From Paraspadella gotoi (lineage: Eukaryota > Animalia > Chaetognatha), in NCBI GenBank assembly GCA_051294375.1, contig CM119268.1, positions 18,615,412 through 18,679,411 of the forward strand: a stretch of DNA of 64,000 bases, given 5' to 3'. Shown here piece by piece: positions 25,801 to 40,400 of the stretch. A program made the position numbers and the translations under genes. The notes beneath the pieces are model-generated. The model did not search any database and had not been told where the DNA came from. It saw only the letters and a program-made list of their open reading frames with translations. Numbering within the stretch: the first letter of the stretch is position 1; each line of letters opens with the position of its first letter.

Positions 25801-27592
25801 AATTCCTATATTTAGCGTAATGTGACATATAGTTCTTCTGAACTACACTGCAATTCTCCACCGAACAAATACGTGATGAAATTATTGTTATTTTGTTCAT
25901 TTTAATCCGTTTCTCGTATTTTTGTCGAGAGGATATTCCACGACTTTTGTTTAAAAAACAACCAACGTAATATTTAAACTCTGCGTCAGAGGACAGGACA
26001 AATCTTTTTCACGAAATAAATAATGAGGGGAAAACAAAAGGCAAGCCGGTCCCGAAGGATACGTTGGACCTTAAGACTTTAGGACCTTAAGTTAGGTTTA
26101 AGTAAAACTACTATAGGAATACTTAAATAATATTTTTGCTGGATAAATTAAAATATGTAGTTAATATAATTATGTCATATTTGTTTAAACCTACGAGGCT
26201 GGAATCAATCAGATATTTTTTAAATTTAAACAGAAGCGTGTCGTAGAATCTAATTAACACTACAAAATTGAATAATTTTATTAAATTATATTTTTCCTAT
26301 TCTATTATTTAAAGCAACTGGCTGCCCCAATCAGTAAGTTTTGTTAGAATTCAAGATCATCATTGCGGTAAACAGATTCCACAGCTCAATGAAAACATTA
26401 TATTTTAACTAAAAATTAAATATACAATTTTAAGGTCTTTATTATTGAATGTTTTTTATTGCTAATTGCTATCATTGTTATTTTAGCACTTTTGTTTTAA
26501 GCAACTGATCCGCTCAGAGGGCAATGAATTATCTTGGCTAATGTTGAAGCCTGACCCACTGGTTCGTTATATTACCAAAAACTTTTTTCCCGCGTTAACC
26601 GAAGTCTATTTAAATCTCCAAGTTTCCATATTAAATTTAACCCTTAGCCGAAAATCAATTTGCATTTTTCACTTAACTTCGGCTAGAAAATCTTCCGCCT
26701 CACCAGCCTTACGCTGATGTTTTGCGGGCGTTTTCGCCGCAGGAGCGCGGCAGAGGAAAAGCTGCATCGTCCTATTAAAAATGGTGAGGCATTTATCGCA
26801 AAGATGGAGCAACTTAGCGTTGAGTCACATTTTTATGCATAGACAAACCAAGCTTGAACAATTTTAGTTTTAAATAAATAAATAATTAATAAAAACATAT
26901 ATGAAAAATAAAAAAAAGTAAAAAATGTATGTTAATTAAACTTAAAATTAATTATTTCCAAAAAACTTAAATAAGTGAAACAAGTAATTATGTAATTTTC
27001 ATCATGACGTACAAACGCTTCAAATGAATCAATTATAACAAAAAAACTATTCATCCAATCAAATGTCCCAAATCATTAATTGTCGGCTTTTAACGAATTT
27101 TTTCAACGATCGACAACAACAACAACAAGGACAACGACGAGATTTAATCGATCCCCAGACGGACAACAACAACAAAGACCGTAATTAAACAAAAACAAAA
27201 TAAACCATTCAAACCGGGCAGCTGGAAAGGATCAGCTGAATCGTATGAGGTGAATAAAATACATGAACCAAAACAAAATTTCATAAAAGACAAAGAAAAA
27301 TATAATTAGGATTAAAAAAGAAATAAAAAAAAAGAAAAAAAAAGGGAGAAAACGATAGAACTTTAACGAAAATAAATATCGACGAGAAAGATGACGATTC
27401 GAAAATGTTTAATAATATAACGACGAAAGAAAAAAGTCACGAATTTTAATCTAGTCCTTTAAATATGTTAGAGACGAGAATATTGTTAAGTGAATAAATG
27501 AATAAATATATTAATTAATAATGAATAATAATGAAAAAAAATATTGCCAATATCTGACAAAGAAAGAAAGAAAAATCGGAAGCTCAAATTCG

Positions 27593-27629
<37 letters not shown>

Positions 27630-28770
27630 NNNNNNNNNNNNNNNNNNNNNNNNNNNNNNNNNNNNNNNNNNNNNNNNNNNNNNNNNNNNNNNNNNNNNNN
27701 NNNNNNNNNNNNNNNNNNNNNNNNNNNNNNNNNNNNNNNNNNNNNNNNNNNNNNNNNNNNNNNNNNNNNNNNNNNNNNNTCACTCTCTCTCTCTAACTCT
27801 CGCTCTCAATCAATAAACGGAGTCGTCCGGTAAACGCATTTTCTTTTTTCATCCTTTTTTGCCACGCTATCCTTTCTTGTTCCTGTTGCTCCTCCTTCCT
27901 TCCCATTCCTCCTCCTCCTCTTCCTCCTTCTCATCCTCTTGCTCATCCTCTTCCTCCTCCTCCCGTTTTCTTATGCTCCTCCAACAGTTCTTCGTCCTGC
28001 TCCCTATTGGTTGCCAACTCGGCGTCTCTNNNNNNNNNNNNNNNNNNNNNNNNNNNNNNNNNNNNNNNNNNNNNNNNNNNNNNNNNNNNNNNNNNNNNNN
28101 NNNNNNNNNNNNNNNNNNNNNNNNNNNNNNNNNNNNNNNNNNNNNNNNNNNNNNNNNNNNNNNNNNNNNNNNNNNNNNNNNNNNNNNNNNNNNNNNNNNA
28201 GAAATTCTAAAATACGAAAATTCCGTACCACACTATTCTCAATTTTTCGTTTTTTTGTTATATATATAATTTTTAAAACTTAATTATCTTTCCCAATTTT
28301 TTTTCGATAAAAAACTTCTTCAACCAAAGGCTACGATTCTCCATATAAAAAATAAAGATGCTTTAACCGGTATCACATTACTAATAAAAATGGTAATGTG
28401 GAAATTTTTAAATGTCACAAAAGCTACGACTCAATATTTCTCCTTTGTTCGTTTATTATAGCCCTATTTATATACATGAATTCGTTTTTCTTTTTCATTT
28501 TGCGTTATTGGTTCAGAATGAAAATTGTTTTTCCTTTTATTTTTCCTTCAAAGGGAAAAAGGATTAAGTTGGATTCTTTCATCTTTCAACGTTATTGACT
28601 TTTCCCGATTACGAAGAGGAGGGACCTCGCTCAATCGTTGCTCATGGCTTATTTCATTTAAAGAGAGAAAGAGAAGAGAAAGATAAGTTTAAAATGAAGT
28701 AAAGATAAAAGAAAATCAATCAAGGATACAAAAAGAAAAAAATAAAGAAAGAAAGAAAGAAAGAAAGAAA

Positions 28771-28846
<76 letters not shown>

Positions 28847-29676
28847 AGGAAAGAAAGAAGGAAAAAAAGAAAGAAGGAAAGAAAGAAAAAAAAGGAAAAA
28901 AAAAGAAAGAAAAAAACAAACAAACTAATGATTGAAGAAATGTAAGAAATATGATAAGAAATACTTATAAAAAAGAGAAAAACAAGAGAAGAAAAAGAGA
29001 GAGAAAAAGCGGTTTTAGTTTCATGTTTTCCTATCGCATGTCTATTCAAAAAAAAGAGAGAGAGAGAGAGTCGGACGGNNNNNNNNNNNNNNNNNNNNNN
29101 NNNNNNNNNNNNNNNNNNNNNNNNNNNNNNNNNNNNNNNNNNNNNNNNNNNNNNNNNNNNNNNNNNNNNNNNNNNNNNNNNNNNNNNNNNNNNNNNNNNN
29201 NNNNNNNNNNNNNNNNNNNNNNNNNNNNNNNNAGAGAGCCAACGCTCGCCAACGTCTCGTAAAACCCGCGGCGTCTCGATGAGTCATCCCCTTCCTTCCA
29301 AGATTCATGATCCTTCTCTTCACTTTCTACCAACCTGTTCCTTCTCTTACGTTGCTCGTTCGTCTTTTTCGTCGACCTCATCGTTTATTCGTCGTCATCG
29401 TCGTCGTCATCCTCGTATCCTTTCGACATCAAAGAAAATATCATTCTGGTTTCTTCACTTGTCCCAAATATTTTCGGAATCGCCGTGGTCGTCGTCGTCT
29501 CCGACGTAGTAAAATCTACCGATATCAACCTGGCCTCGTTGTCGAAAACGTAAACAAGGGAAACAAAAAATTAGAAGAATCAAGCAACGACTTTTGTTGA
29601 CGTCGATTCCACTCGCAGACTCTGACGCAAACGTCGGGGAGAACAACGACAAAGACGATGACGCTTCAATTTTCAC

Positions 29677-29763
<87 letters not shown>

Positions 29764-30879
29764 CTCTGGCACGTTTCCATCCCACTACTTATCATGTCCC
29801 TCCGTCGCGTCCCTGGCTCTCCCTCCGCCTCGAGTCTTCGTGTAGCGACCAGTTGCCTTTCGTCGTTGCCCATGCGACGGGGAGAGCGTACGCGTTATGT
29901 CAGCGCTTGTGGACGAAGAAGGGAGGCGGGTGGAGAGAACGGTTCGTATCTTTTTTTAAATTTAAAATGTATTTTCAAATTATTCGTAGTATTCAATCGC
30001 ACTCTCACAAGTTTAATCGTTCAAAAAAAAAATAGTAAACAAGTTTTTGATTTTAAGTCTTTCAATTTGCTTTCTTAATTATTTTAGACTTTAACAAATC
30101 CTTCCTCTTGCTTCATGTTTGATGCATCCATTAGAGCGATGTGAAAAAAGTAAGACCATCTATATGTATAGTAATAACTAATAAGTATATAAAGTCCAAT
30201 TAACTTGATTAATTATACCGATTTTTAATTTTTTACCGAGCTTTGAATCATATATATTTTATTATTTTGATGTACTTAACAAGATTTATATTTAAATAAT
30301 ATTTTTTTAGATATTAAATAGTCCCACATACAAAATAATCTAACTGGTATCCTATTTTAGTAAAAAATGCAAATAAATATAGATCATTATATACTATTAG
30401 TGTCTAATTCTTTCTTTCAAACTTCCCTTCGATCCATGGCATCGCGCCGGTCTCGTTTCTCCGACGCCGAGACTGACATGTTTATGTCGTCGCTCGGAGT
30501 AGAGGGGGGGACAGAGGGGGGCGAGTCGCGAGGCGGAGAAATTCGGTGAACGGGACCCCCGCTTTTTTTTAAGCGTCACCAGAATTGAGAATCTGCGTCC
30601 GTCCGAGTTTTTGTACGCGTCACGTGACATAATCTTTGTTAGTACGGGTGTACGGGTGGGATTCGCTTCAGGATTAATATATTGAGATCGAAATCAAAAG
30701 TCCAGATTCGCTGGGAAATTTTTTTTCGGTCTTAATCTTGTTTCACTGTTTCGAAGCACGCGGGAATTTTATCCCTCGTGGATTAAAATAATTTGATTCG
30801 AGGTACGTTTGACATTTTTTGGTCGTTGAGGGGCACTTTTAAGTTTTTTATATTATTTTATTCTAACTCCAATTACTCG

Positions 30880-31200
30880 TGATTGGATGGATGGATTAAA
30901 TTGAAATTTTTTGTGTGGGTGGGATAGTGTGGGATTGAGCTGGATGTAAAGTTTCGATGGAATCGTGCGAGTAGAAATGAGTTTAAATGGAAAAAACAAA
31001 ATTCATATCTACTTGAAGCATTTTTACTTATATTTACTCATAAATATTATAATTATTAAAAATTGGATAAATAAATTGAAATGAAATTTTGTGTGTGGGT
31101 AGGAAAGTATGTAATTAAGCTGGATATAAGTTTTTGATGGAATCGTAGTAGTGGAAAAGAGTTTAAAATAGAAAACAAAAAGACATATTTATTTCAATTT
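30880..31200. repeat. Diverged tandem duplication with ~180-bp period
   Basis: TGAAATTTT.TGTGTGGGT.GGA.AGT...AGCTGGAT.TAA...GATGGAATCGT...GAGTTTAAA at ~30900 and ~31080. Confidence 0.8.
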
Positions 31201-31265
31201 TTAAAAGTTACTCTCGGTCTATTCGCTCTCTGATTGAATAATTGATTGAATGTTTGATTGATTGA

Positions 31266-31395
31266 TTGACCAAATTATGCCAGTTTACAAAATTATGCCA
31301 GTTGACAAAATTACGCCAGTTGACAAAATTATGAAAGTTGACCAAATTATGCCTGTTGACCAAATTATGTCCGTTGACCAAATAAGTTGACCAAA
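31266..31395. repeat. 18-bp minisatellite (TTGACCAAATTATGCCAG)n
   Basis: About 7 units. Confidence 0.9.
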
Positions 31396-32099
31396 CTGCT
31401 ACTGGTATTGATAGATCAATTGATTTATAGATTTTTTCCTATATTTATTAAGAAGTCAGTTATGATTTGTTACAATCACAAATTACCATGATTTATCCTA
31501 TCACCTTAGCTTATTACTTATCGTAGGCAGATCCGACATTGTTTGATCAAACTTGTTTTTATTCGATTCCGCATCGGAATGCGCATCGATAGCTGTTGTT
31601 GTTGTTGTTGTTGTTGTTGTTGTCGCGTGTTAACGACTTTTGGCGTTCGACGTCATGGGGAGAGTAAAGGGGGTTGGAGGGAATGGTGGAGTGGACGGAG
31701 TGGAGATTAAGAGGGTGGTTAAAAGAGAGGTGGACAAGTGGTTAAATGATCGGAGTAAGACATCAAAGTGAAATTCATCAAGAAGTGATTGGTTGATAGA
31801 GTAATTAATCGATTGATTGATTGATTAATCGCTCGATCGATTGACCTATTTCCTCATGTCGCGGATACTCTAAATCCTTGGGAACGGAATCATATTATTC
31901 GCTCGGCGTACTCGATTAGACTCCTGAATGGTGGTCGCGGTGGTCGGCGTGGTGGAAGACGTGGTGGAAGGCGTGGTCGTGGCTTAAGGGTGGGGAAATC
32001 GCTCCCGCTGCCCACGGGACATTCGAGCTGCCATCCTCGTCCCAAGAGACGTTGATACGTCGATGCTTTTTTCTCTTTTTATTCCTTCTTTTTCTCGGC

Positions 32100-32201
<102 letters not shown>

Positions 32202-32530
32202 TCTCTCTCTCTTTTCATCTCCACTTTCCCTTTTGTTCTTTATATCAAATAGGCCGTGGAAACGCATTTATTCTAAACGCTGAATTCGTTGTTTAGAATG
32301 AATGTGCTTCTATCTGGCTCTGACTCTGAGAAAGGCGTGGATATCTAATGATGATCATTAATTACCGTAGATATTAGCATTAACAGGCCTATATATACCG
32401 TGGATATCATTAATCTGTATTTTGAAGCATTGTTAGAATGATGATGCCCACGACAAAATTCAGTTTCAATCTTTATATTTTTTTCTTTATCTTATCTTTA
32501 TCCTTATCTTTTTTTTTATCTTGAATCTCT

Positions 32531-32589
<59 letters not shown>

Positions 32590-33764
32590 TATCTCCGCAT
32601 ATCTCTTTCTCTTCAACGACGTCGGCATTTCAATCATTAAATTTGTTTCCCTCGCTCCGTTCGGTCGACTTTCTCCCGCGCGTGCGCTTCAGTTTCTACA
32701 TGTAACCTGAAAATACTACACATAATTTGATTTTAAAGAGGATGTTTTTTTTGTTAGAAAAAAAAAAGTTTATTTTTTTCTTTGTATAGGTCCTATATTT
32801 TCTCCATGCTCTGTTGCTGACTAACTGACTGACTGACTAGCTGACTTACTGACTTTCTAACTTTCTAACTTCTCTTTTACTGACTTACTTTTTAACTGCC
32901 TAAATGACCTACTGACTGACTCACTGACTGAATCACGCACTCACTCACTCACTCACTCACTCACTCACTCACTCACTCACTCACTCACTCACTCACTCAC
33001 CGGGTGACTTACATTTTAACTGACAGAACGACAGGCTGGCTGACGGGCAGACTTACTTTTAACTCACTTTGCCCCAGAAATTGTGGTTCGGATCGAAAAA
33101 GAAGAGAAGAATTGAGTCGTGATTCAAAGAGGAAGTGAGTCAGTGATTCGAGCGAATATTCATTCACGCGAGTTTCAATTTAAGAAGCGAATAAGCGACG
33201 TCACAGTTTTTAAGTCAAAGAGAGAGAATCAAAGAGAATCAAAGAGAATCAAAGAGAATCAAAGAGAGAGAAACGTGATCGGGGGAGAATGAGAAAAAAG
33301 ATATTAACACTTTGGTTCTCAAATCTCTCTGCGGTGTTACTTGGAGGATCGGAGGGCGCCGTTCACTTCGCCTTCTTGGTTGTGAACATTGTGATGACCG
33401 CCGGGACCCCTTTGTCTCTCAGAACTGATTCATCACAAATCAGGAATTTCTTCTTCAGTTGAGGGAAGCAGCCCAAAAAGAGATCGTCCCTAAGGGTCTG
33501 CGCGAAATTAGATCAGTTTTCCACTTTTTTTATATTTTTTTCTAAAATTTGATTCATCATCTTACACTCGTGTTTTTTAGTCAATACATTCTAAACAACT
33601 TTAAATATTACTAAAAGAATACAAAATATTTTTTAGAATTAAACAACCTTTAATTGTAATTTATTGTAATAATTAAAGTCATATCTGACTGTTTCGTATA
33701 ACTCCTGTAAAATTGATCGCTTTTCACCTTTCATTCATTTCTCGATTTTAACACCCCGCATTGA

Positions 33765-33825
<61 letters not shown>

Positions 33826-34524
33826 CCTCCCTCCGTCCCTTCTCCCTCTCTGCATCTCTACTCTGAAGATTGAAGTTTAAGGATTTTTTTTACTAGTTTC
33901 GAATTTTTTCTTAAAAATTTTTAAAATTTCCAGATCGTAGGCCTTCAAGGTTGTTTTGGCAAATTGCCTCCAGCCCTATGGATTTGACTGGAAAAGAAAG
34001 CTTTATTTTGTTGCTAACACATGATGCCCGCAAGAAAGACGGCTTTATTATTCAGTATCATGGGCGAGGCTCTTGAAAAAAATAACTCCGTCTATTTGTT
34101 TCCCGTTATTTTTCGATATTATCGAAGTGTTTCGAAGTGTTCTTCGTCGTACTACAAGGTACAAACAGTCCTGGTTTGTACGCTTCCCTGATATGTGAGC
34201 TCCTACAAATATTTTTTCAAATCCCGTAATCGGATCTGACCACTTTCTACCACCTTTTTCTCCGACTATCCCCCCCCGCCGAATTTTTTCCCACCCGATA
34301 CTAACTGGAGGTTTCCGGCTCCTTTATAGTGACCGATCCGATTGTCATCGAGCATATATCATCTTAACTCGCCCCACCCGTCTCTTTATTCGTCTGCCAC
34401 CCCTACCTTACTACACCCCGCCACCCGTCCGTTCCCCTGCGTCAATCTCGTAATCGTAAAATTTGGGATCTTCTCGTTCGATGGACAACTCAAAAAATCC
34501 GACTGAAACAAACAAGGCGCGTCT

Positions 34525-34563
<39 letters not shown>

Positions 34564-35875
34564 TCATCTCAAGCGTCGAAGATGGTTTGATTATCATCTG
34601 TCTCTCAAGTCTCTCTCTCTCTCTCTCTGTCAGCGTCACATACCACTTTTTCAGCCTTACGCTTCATGTCATTATCGACCTTTTTTTTCGTCAATCGATA
34701 AAAATCAAATTGTCAATTTACTCTTGATAACGAGAAACCGTGACGGATCTAGAATTAGGTAGTGAACGCGTGATTTTTAATGGGTTATCTAACTAACGGT
34801 GATGAAATAATTTCAAAATTTAAGTGTAAGAATATTTTACATCAAAGATTAAAAAAGTCTATTTTTTAAACTCACAAAAACGCAAACCAAAGTTCGAAAT
34901 TCACGTTCACCTAATCAATAAATTTCTTTTAATCGTTAATCTTGACTTTGATAATTTTTAGATAAATCTCCCGCGAACAAATGAACCCTGTGCGAGCTGG
35001 CGTGACGTGGCGGGTAATAAACTAAAATTCATGAAATTTTCACAAATAATTTTGTTCATCGATGATGGGAAAAGAAACGTTCGATCACAACTAATCCACG
35101 ATTTCCTATCACAATCCTACTTTTTCACTCTTCCAGCATATTTACCACTCGTCAACGGNNNNNNNNNNNNNNNNNNNNNNNNNNNNNNNNNNNNNNNNNN
35201 NNNNNNNNNNNNNNNNNNNNNNNNNNNNNNNNNNNNNNNNNNNNNNNNNNNNNNNNNNNNNNNNNNNNNNNNNNNNNNNNNNNNNNNNNNNNNNNNNNNN
35301 NNNAGAAATATTTTGTGGAATCCTGATCATATTTCGGTTTTTTATGACCTCCAGTTCACCCGAAACAGTTTGGTTTTTATTTTTCATGAGATATCGCTAT
35401 GGTTAATATATCATTACCAAATGTTCTCTACAGTTTACTCCCTGTTTGATTACGAGTCAGAGGCAAAAAAATCTTATCCATTTCTTCGGATCTATGTACA
35501 ACAGTAAACAATCCGTGTTTTGAATAGGGGTATCATATGTAAACAGTGCATAGAGATTCATAGACAGCAATTGGATTGGGGGAAGGGGAAAAGAAGGGCA
35601 ACATTAAGATTCGACAGATTACAAACGACCGAAGGGGTAATAAATTCTGAGGGACTAATTAAAGATGCGGTAGATCAACAGAGGACGACGACGATGACGA
35701 GAACGACGACGACGACGACGACGACGACGAGCAAAGACGATATCATAGTATAAAATCGTCTTTGCTCGCCCTCGTCCTCAGCCTCATCGGCGATGGCCGA
35801 CGGCAACAAGAGACTCAAACTTTTTTTTTCCTCGTCTGGCCAAAAAGATCTCGGTTGATATAATTTTCGCTTTGG

Positions 35876-35948
35876 GCTAATTGGACGGATACAGTCGAAT
35901 CGTCGCTGATTGGACGGATACAGTCGGCGCTTCGCCGATTGGACGGGG
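35876..35948. promoter_or_regulatory. Three reverse CCAAT boxes at 29-bp spacing upstream of numb
   Basis: ATTGGACGG at 35880, 35909 and 35938. Confidence 0.45.
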
Positions 35949-36496
35949 CTAACTGACTTTTTGTGCTGTGAGGTCGAACGCACGGATTATCTTTTTACGC
36001 CGCATAAACCCGCGTCGTCTCTTTCTTTCTTTCTTTCTTTTTCTTTCTTTTTTTTTTCTTTCTTTTTTTTCATATTTATCGTTTATTTCGTTCGCTCGTG
36101 TTCGTTTTCGTTCGTTAATTATTTTTTTTAATAATTATTTTTCGCAATTTTTTTTTTTCAGGACGTCCTACTAGCTCAAACTCCGAGCTTCAAAATCGAA
36201 TGATCAAATTAAAATAAATGAAAGGGGGAAAAACTATTCAATCCGAACGAAAATATTTTTATGGATTTTCCAGGTCTACGTAGGACATAAAAAAAATCAT
36301 TAGCCACTAACTACCATTGGGAGATTATTATAAAACTACGAAAACAAAACAGAAAAAAAAGAAAACAAAAACAAAAACGGCGTTAAAAACGGTCATGCAG
36401 ATACACCTCGTCTTAAATCGTTTTCGAATCGGGCGAAGAGAGATTTCGATCTTCATCTAGAAAAAACGAATCTCGGGGACGTGAAGGACGCGTGCG

Positions 36497-36530
<34 letters not shown>

Positions 36531-37400
36531 CTCCTCCTCTCTCTCATCTCTCCTCCGCCAAGGTCGTATGAGTTCACTCACCCTCTTTAACTCATCCCAG
36601 TTGCGCCTCTTTTCAAAGCGGAGACGTAATCGTCGTGAAGCTCGGGTCGTGAAACGACGTCCACGCCCAGGGTTGCTATGCGACGACAGACGCTCGAATC
36701 TTAAACTTTGCGCATGCGCGGACTCGGATAAACGTCGACTCTTTGCAAGCAGCTTTTTATAATAAACCGTAAAATTAAGTTGTCGCTAGCGTGTTCGAAT
36801 TGTTAAAAATTAAATTCAGCAAATCAATTCATTAAGTTAATTCATTTTTCGGTGAATCGAAATTATGACTCCCTCTCTCTCATACGCTTTATTTTCGCAC
36901 CTCACGAAGAATAAACAATATTGGCTAAAAAAACAAAATCATCTTTAGATAGAAAAAATAAAATCAACGAGAATAAAGAAAAATAAATAAAAAATAATTT
37001 GATGAAAAAGTAAAAAAAATAAACCATCCAGCTTCGTTTGTTTCAACGAGCGCTCTATCTCACTAAGTCAGAGATTGAGAAAGAGAAACGTCACACAGTG
37101 GGAGAGAGAGAGAGAGAGCGAGCGAGAGTGTCAGCGAAATTCTGACCTCTGGTTCCGCGCTTTTCTCCATTTTCTCACAAATTACGCACTGGGGCGCAGT
37201 TCATATATCAAAACCAAAGCATAAAAAAAGGGAAAATCCCCTTAAAAAATCGAAACTCTGTCTTTGTGACCGTCGAAAATAATAGAATAAAAAAAGGAAA
37301 ACGTGAGAACAATCCCCTTAAAAGTCGTTGACTCAGAATTATCGCAGAAAAAAAAACTGGGGGGAAAAACGTAATCCCCTTAAAAGTTTCACCTTCGCAA

Positions 37401-37487
37401 ATGAAAATGGATAAATTGAAACGAACTCTTTCCTTCAGAAGGAGGAAAGACCCTGAGCCCGAAAGCGCCAAGCCTCACCAGTGGCAG
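37401..37487 (+). CDS. numb: Numb coding exon 1
   Basis: [29 protein letters not shown]; GTAAGG donor. Confidence 0.9.
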
Positions 37488-40400
37488 GTAAGGTCGAAAA
37501 AGCCAAGAACTTTTTGTTTATTGCGCTGATTGATGGGAAGGAGGAGAAAACTTAATATTTAATTACTTTTTCTTTTTCTCTCCTTTTTCATTCTAAACAA
37601 TTTTCATTTTGATCATCGCTATTGTCAGAAAATCTTTTTTTACTTTTGTTAGTTTTTTTAATTTTTTTCTTGTTTTCGTCCTCACGTGATTTTGAAGCGA
37701 AAGAAAAACGCGTGACAGAAAATCCGTCTCGTTTCGTCTAGGAGCATGACTGAGCGTCACTTTCTCTCTTTCTCTCTCTCTGTCTTTACTCTCTCTCTCT
37801 CTGTCTTTACTCTCTCTCTCTCTTTCTTTCTCTCTCTCTCATTCCTTTCCTTCTCAATGTCACTCTTCTTTCTCTGTCCATTTTATATTCCTCCTTTTTC
37901 TTTTTTTCCTTTTAATGTCTTTCTTCAACTTTCAACTTTTTCTTTTCCCCTCTTATTTTTCTTTTCTTTTCCCATAACTGCTTTCTCCCCTCCCCTTTAT
38001 TTCCTTTTATCCTTCCCATTACTTCCCTTTCTCCTTCCCTTTATTTCCTTCTCTCCTTTCCATTACATCTTTCTCTCCTTTCTCTTTCTCTTTTCTTTCT
38101 CTTTTCCTTCTCTCTTTCCCTTTATTTCCTTCTTCTGTAAAAGTCGCTGATTTTCTTTTTTTCTCGATAACCTAATCACTAAAAGTTCGTCCTTGCGACG
38201 GCCTCGCCTTTCGTTTGACGCCTCGAGGTTACAGACGAGGAACCCTTTTCGAGGTTACAGTCAGGGAACCCTTTACAGCTACGTTTAGTCGAGGTGCCCA
38301 AAAGGGGGTTAATTACGAGACCACATTTCGTCATTTACAGACGAGTTCAGTTTTAGTGTTGCTAACCCAGGTTGCAGGTGAGAGGACTAATAAGAGAAAC
38401 GACGTTTGCGGCAAATTTGCGGCAATTTATTTGAAAGAGTTGTCGAAATTAGCTACATATATCAATTAAATAAATCTAAAACCCTTTTTCTCGTTCTCCG
38501 CGAAGGAGGAAGAGGGAGAAATATTCGAAAGGAAATATAGCTGAGGCACAAATCAGGCTCAGGTGATTGATGAGGCAAAACATCAAGGTTTTATTTGTCG
38601 GGAAGAAAAAGCGGGAGGCAAATATCGAGTTGTGCTGAGGGTGCAATGAAGACCACGATCCTGCGGGGGTGAAGTGAGGCAGTACAGGGCTGTGAAAATG
38701 GCGGTGACCGACGATTTATGTCCTCACGTCAAATTGTGAACGACTTCAATCTTTTAGTCTTTCGAGCGTCTTTCATTTTTGGGTACATTGTGGACATATC
38801 GATTAATTTAATTCGAGGTGGGGGTGGGCAGGTTGTTTTTCGCTAAAAGTAAACCTGTTGACAGAGGATAATTTCATTGTAAAATTAGTTAAATTGTTAA
38901 GTTCCCTTTTACTATTCGTGCTACCTACTACGTACTAAATTTGTTGAATTTTCACAATTTAAATTTCACGGAATTCAGTAAACCCCATTTTATTGAATTT
39001 TCATTCGTGCTGCAGAGAGAGAGAGAGAGAGAAAGAGAGAAAGAAAGAAAGAAAGAAACTGAGTGGGTGTCGAATAAAAAGAGAATTGTGATTACGTTTA
39101 TTGTAAACATTACGCTTCAAAGAATGTCGACACTTTGAGAATCATGGGTGTGAAACAAACGATAGTATTTTTTTGGCGCTTTTAATGGTACACAAACCCT
39201 TTTTTTCTCTTTCTCCTTCAAATACTTTAATTATCTTTTCCTTCTCCTCTTTTCTTTCGTCTCTCTTTCCCCTTCTCTCTTTCTTCTTCCTCCCTTCCCC
39301 CACACTAATTATATTTCCCCCTTCGCCCCCAGGACGACGAGGTCAAAGTTCGGACGGGCAACTGCTCCTTCCAAGTCAAGTACCTGGGATGTCTGGAAGT
39401 CTTCGAGTCGCGGGGGATGCAAGTCTGCGAAGACGCCGTCAAGACGTTGAAGCATCGCTCCAAGGCCGGAATGGCCAAGGTGAGTGTGTTGACGGGGTGA
39501 TTTGTTTTGTGTGTACGAGTCAACTTTTTCTGTGAATTGAAAAAGGTCTCATTTTGAGTTTTGTTTCCAAACTTAGACGAATGACATTTGTTGAGCGTAA
39601 AACTTAAATGTTGGGTTTTTTTCCGAGAGTTTACACAAAAGTTAATTTTTTTTTAGCTGCTGTTCTGAAGTTTTCATTTTATGCATTTTTAACAATTTAT
39701 TTGGAGTTTCTTTCTTTATTAGTTTGTTATTAACTTTGTTTCAATGAATTCAAGTTTTACCTCATACGTAAACAATCCTCAAAGTGAATTTACAATTCAT
39801 TGCCCTATATAGCAACTTCTTTTGACAATAATTGGAAAAACTCTGAAATAAAGCAGTCTTAAGTTAATAAGAGGCTAACAACACCAATAAAAGTCATTTC
39901 TTCCCGTTGGTCGTAAATCAAACATTTAGGTTCAGAGACGGAGCAACCTAGAGAAAGATAAACAGGAAGAAGAAAACGAGAAAGATGAAGACGAAAAAAA
40001 TTAAAGCACAGATGAAAGAAAATGGAATAAGAAAGGAAAAAAAGAATGCAACTCCGCCGACATGTAATTCTGCAATGACATGGCAATAAAGAATATTATA
40101 TGCAAAGAGTGAGTCGACCATTGCCTCCACCTTTATGATGCAGTCAGACGTTCACCGTCTCCGTGACCATATTTTCATGTTTATGATGCTCGGAACGATT
40201 CTTTTTTTCCCCGCTCTGTGAACACGAGTGAATGCGAGTGAGATCTTGATGGCCATCGTGAGCCTGGAATTTTCCCATATAAACAAGCTTAGATGGATGA
40301 GAGTGAATTTCAAAAACAAAGCTTGTTGCTTTAATTGCTTCTAATTAATCCGGTCCTGCTGAAGAATCCATATATATATTTAGTTGACTTGAGGCTCTTA

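Noticed and set aside
23963-29232. X-containing ORFs
   Set aside because: Artefacts of N-filled assembly gaps.
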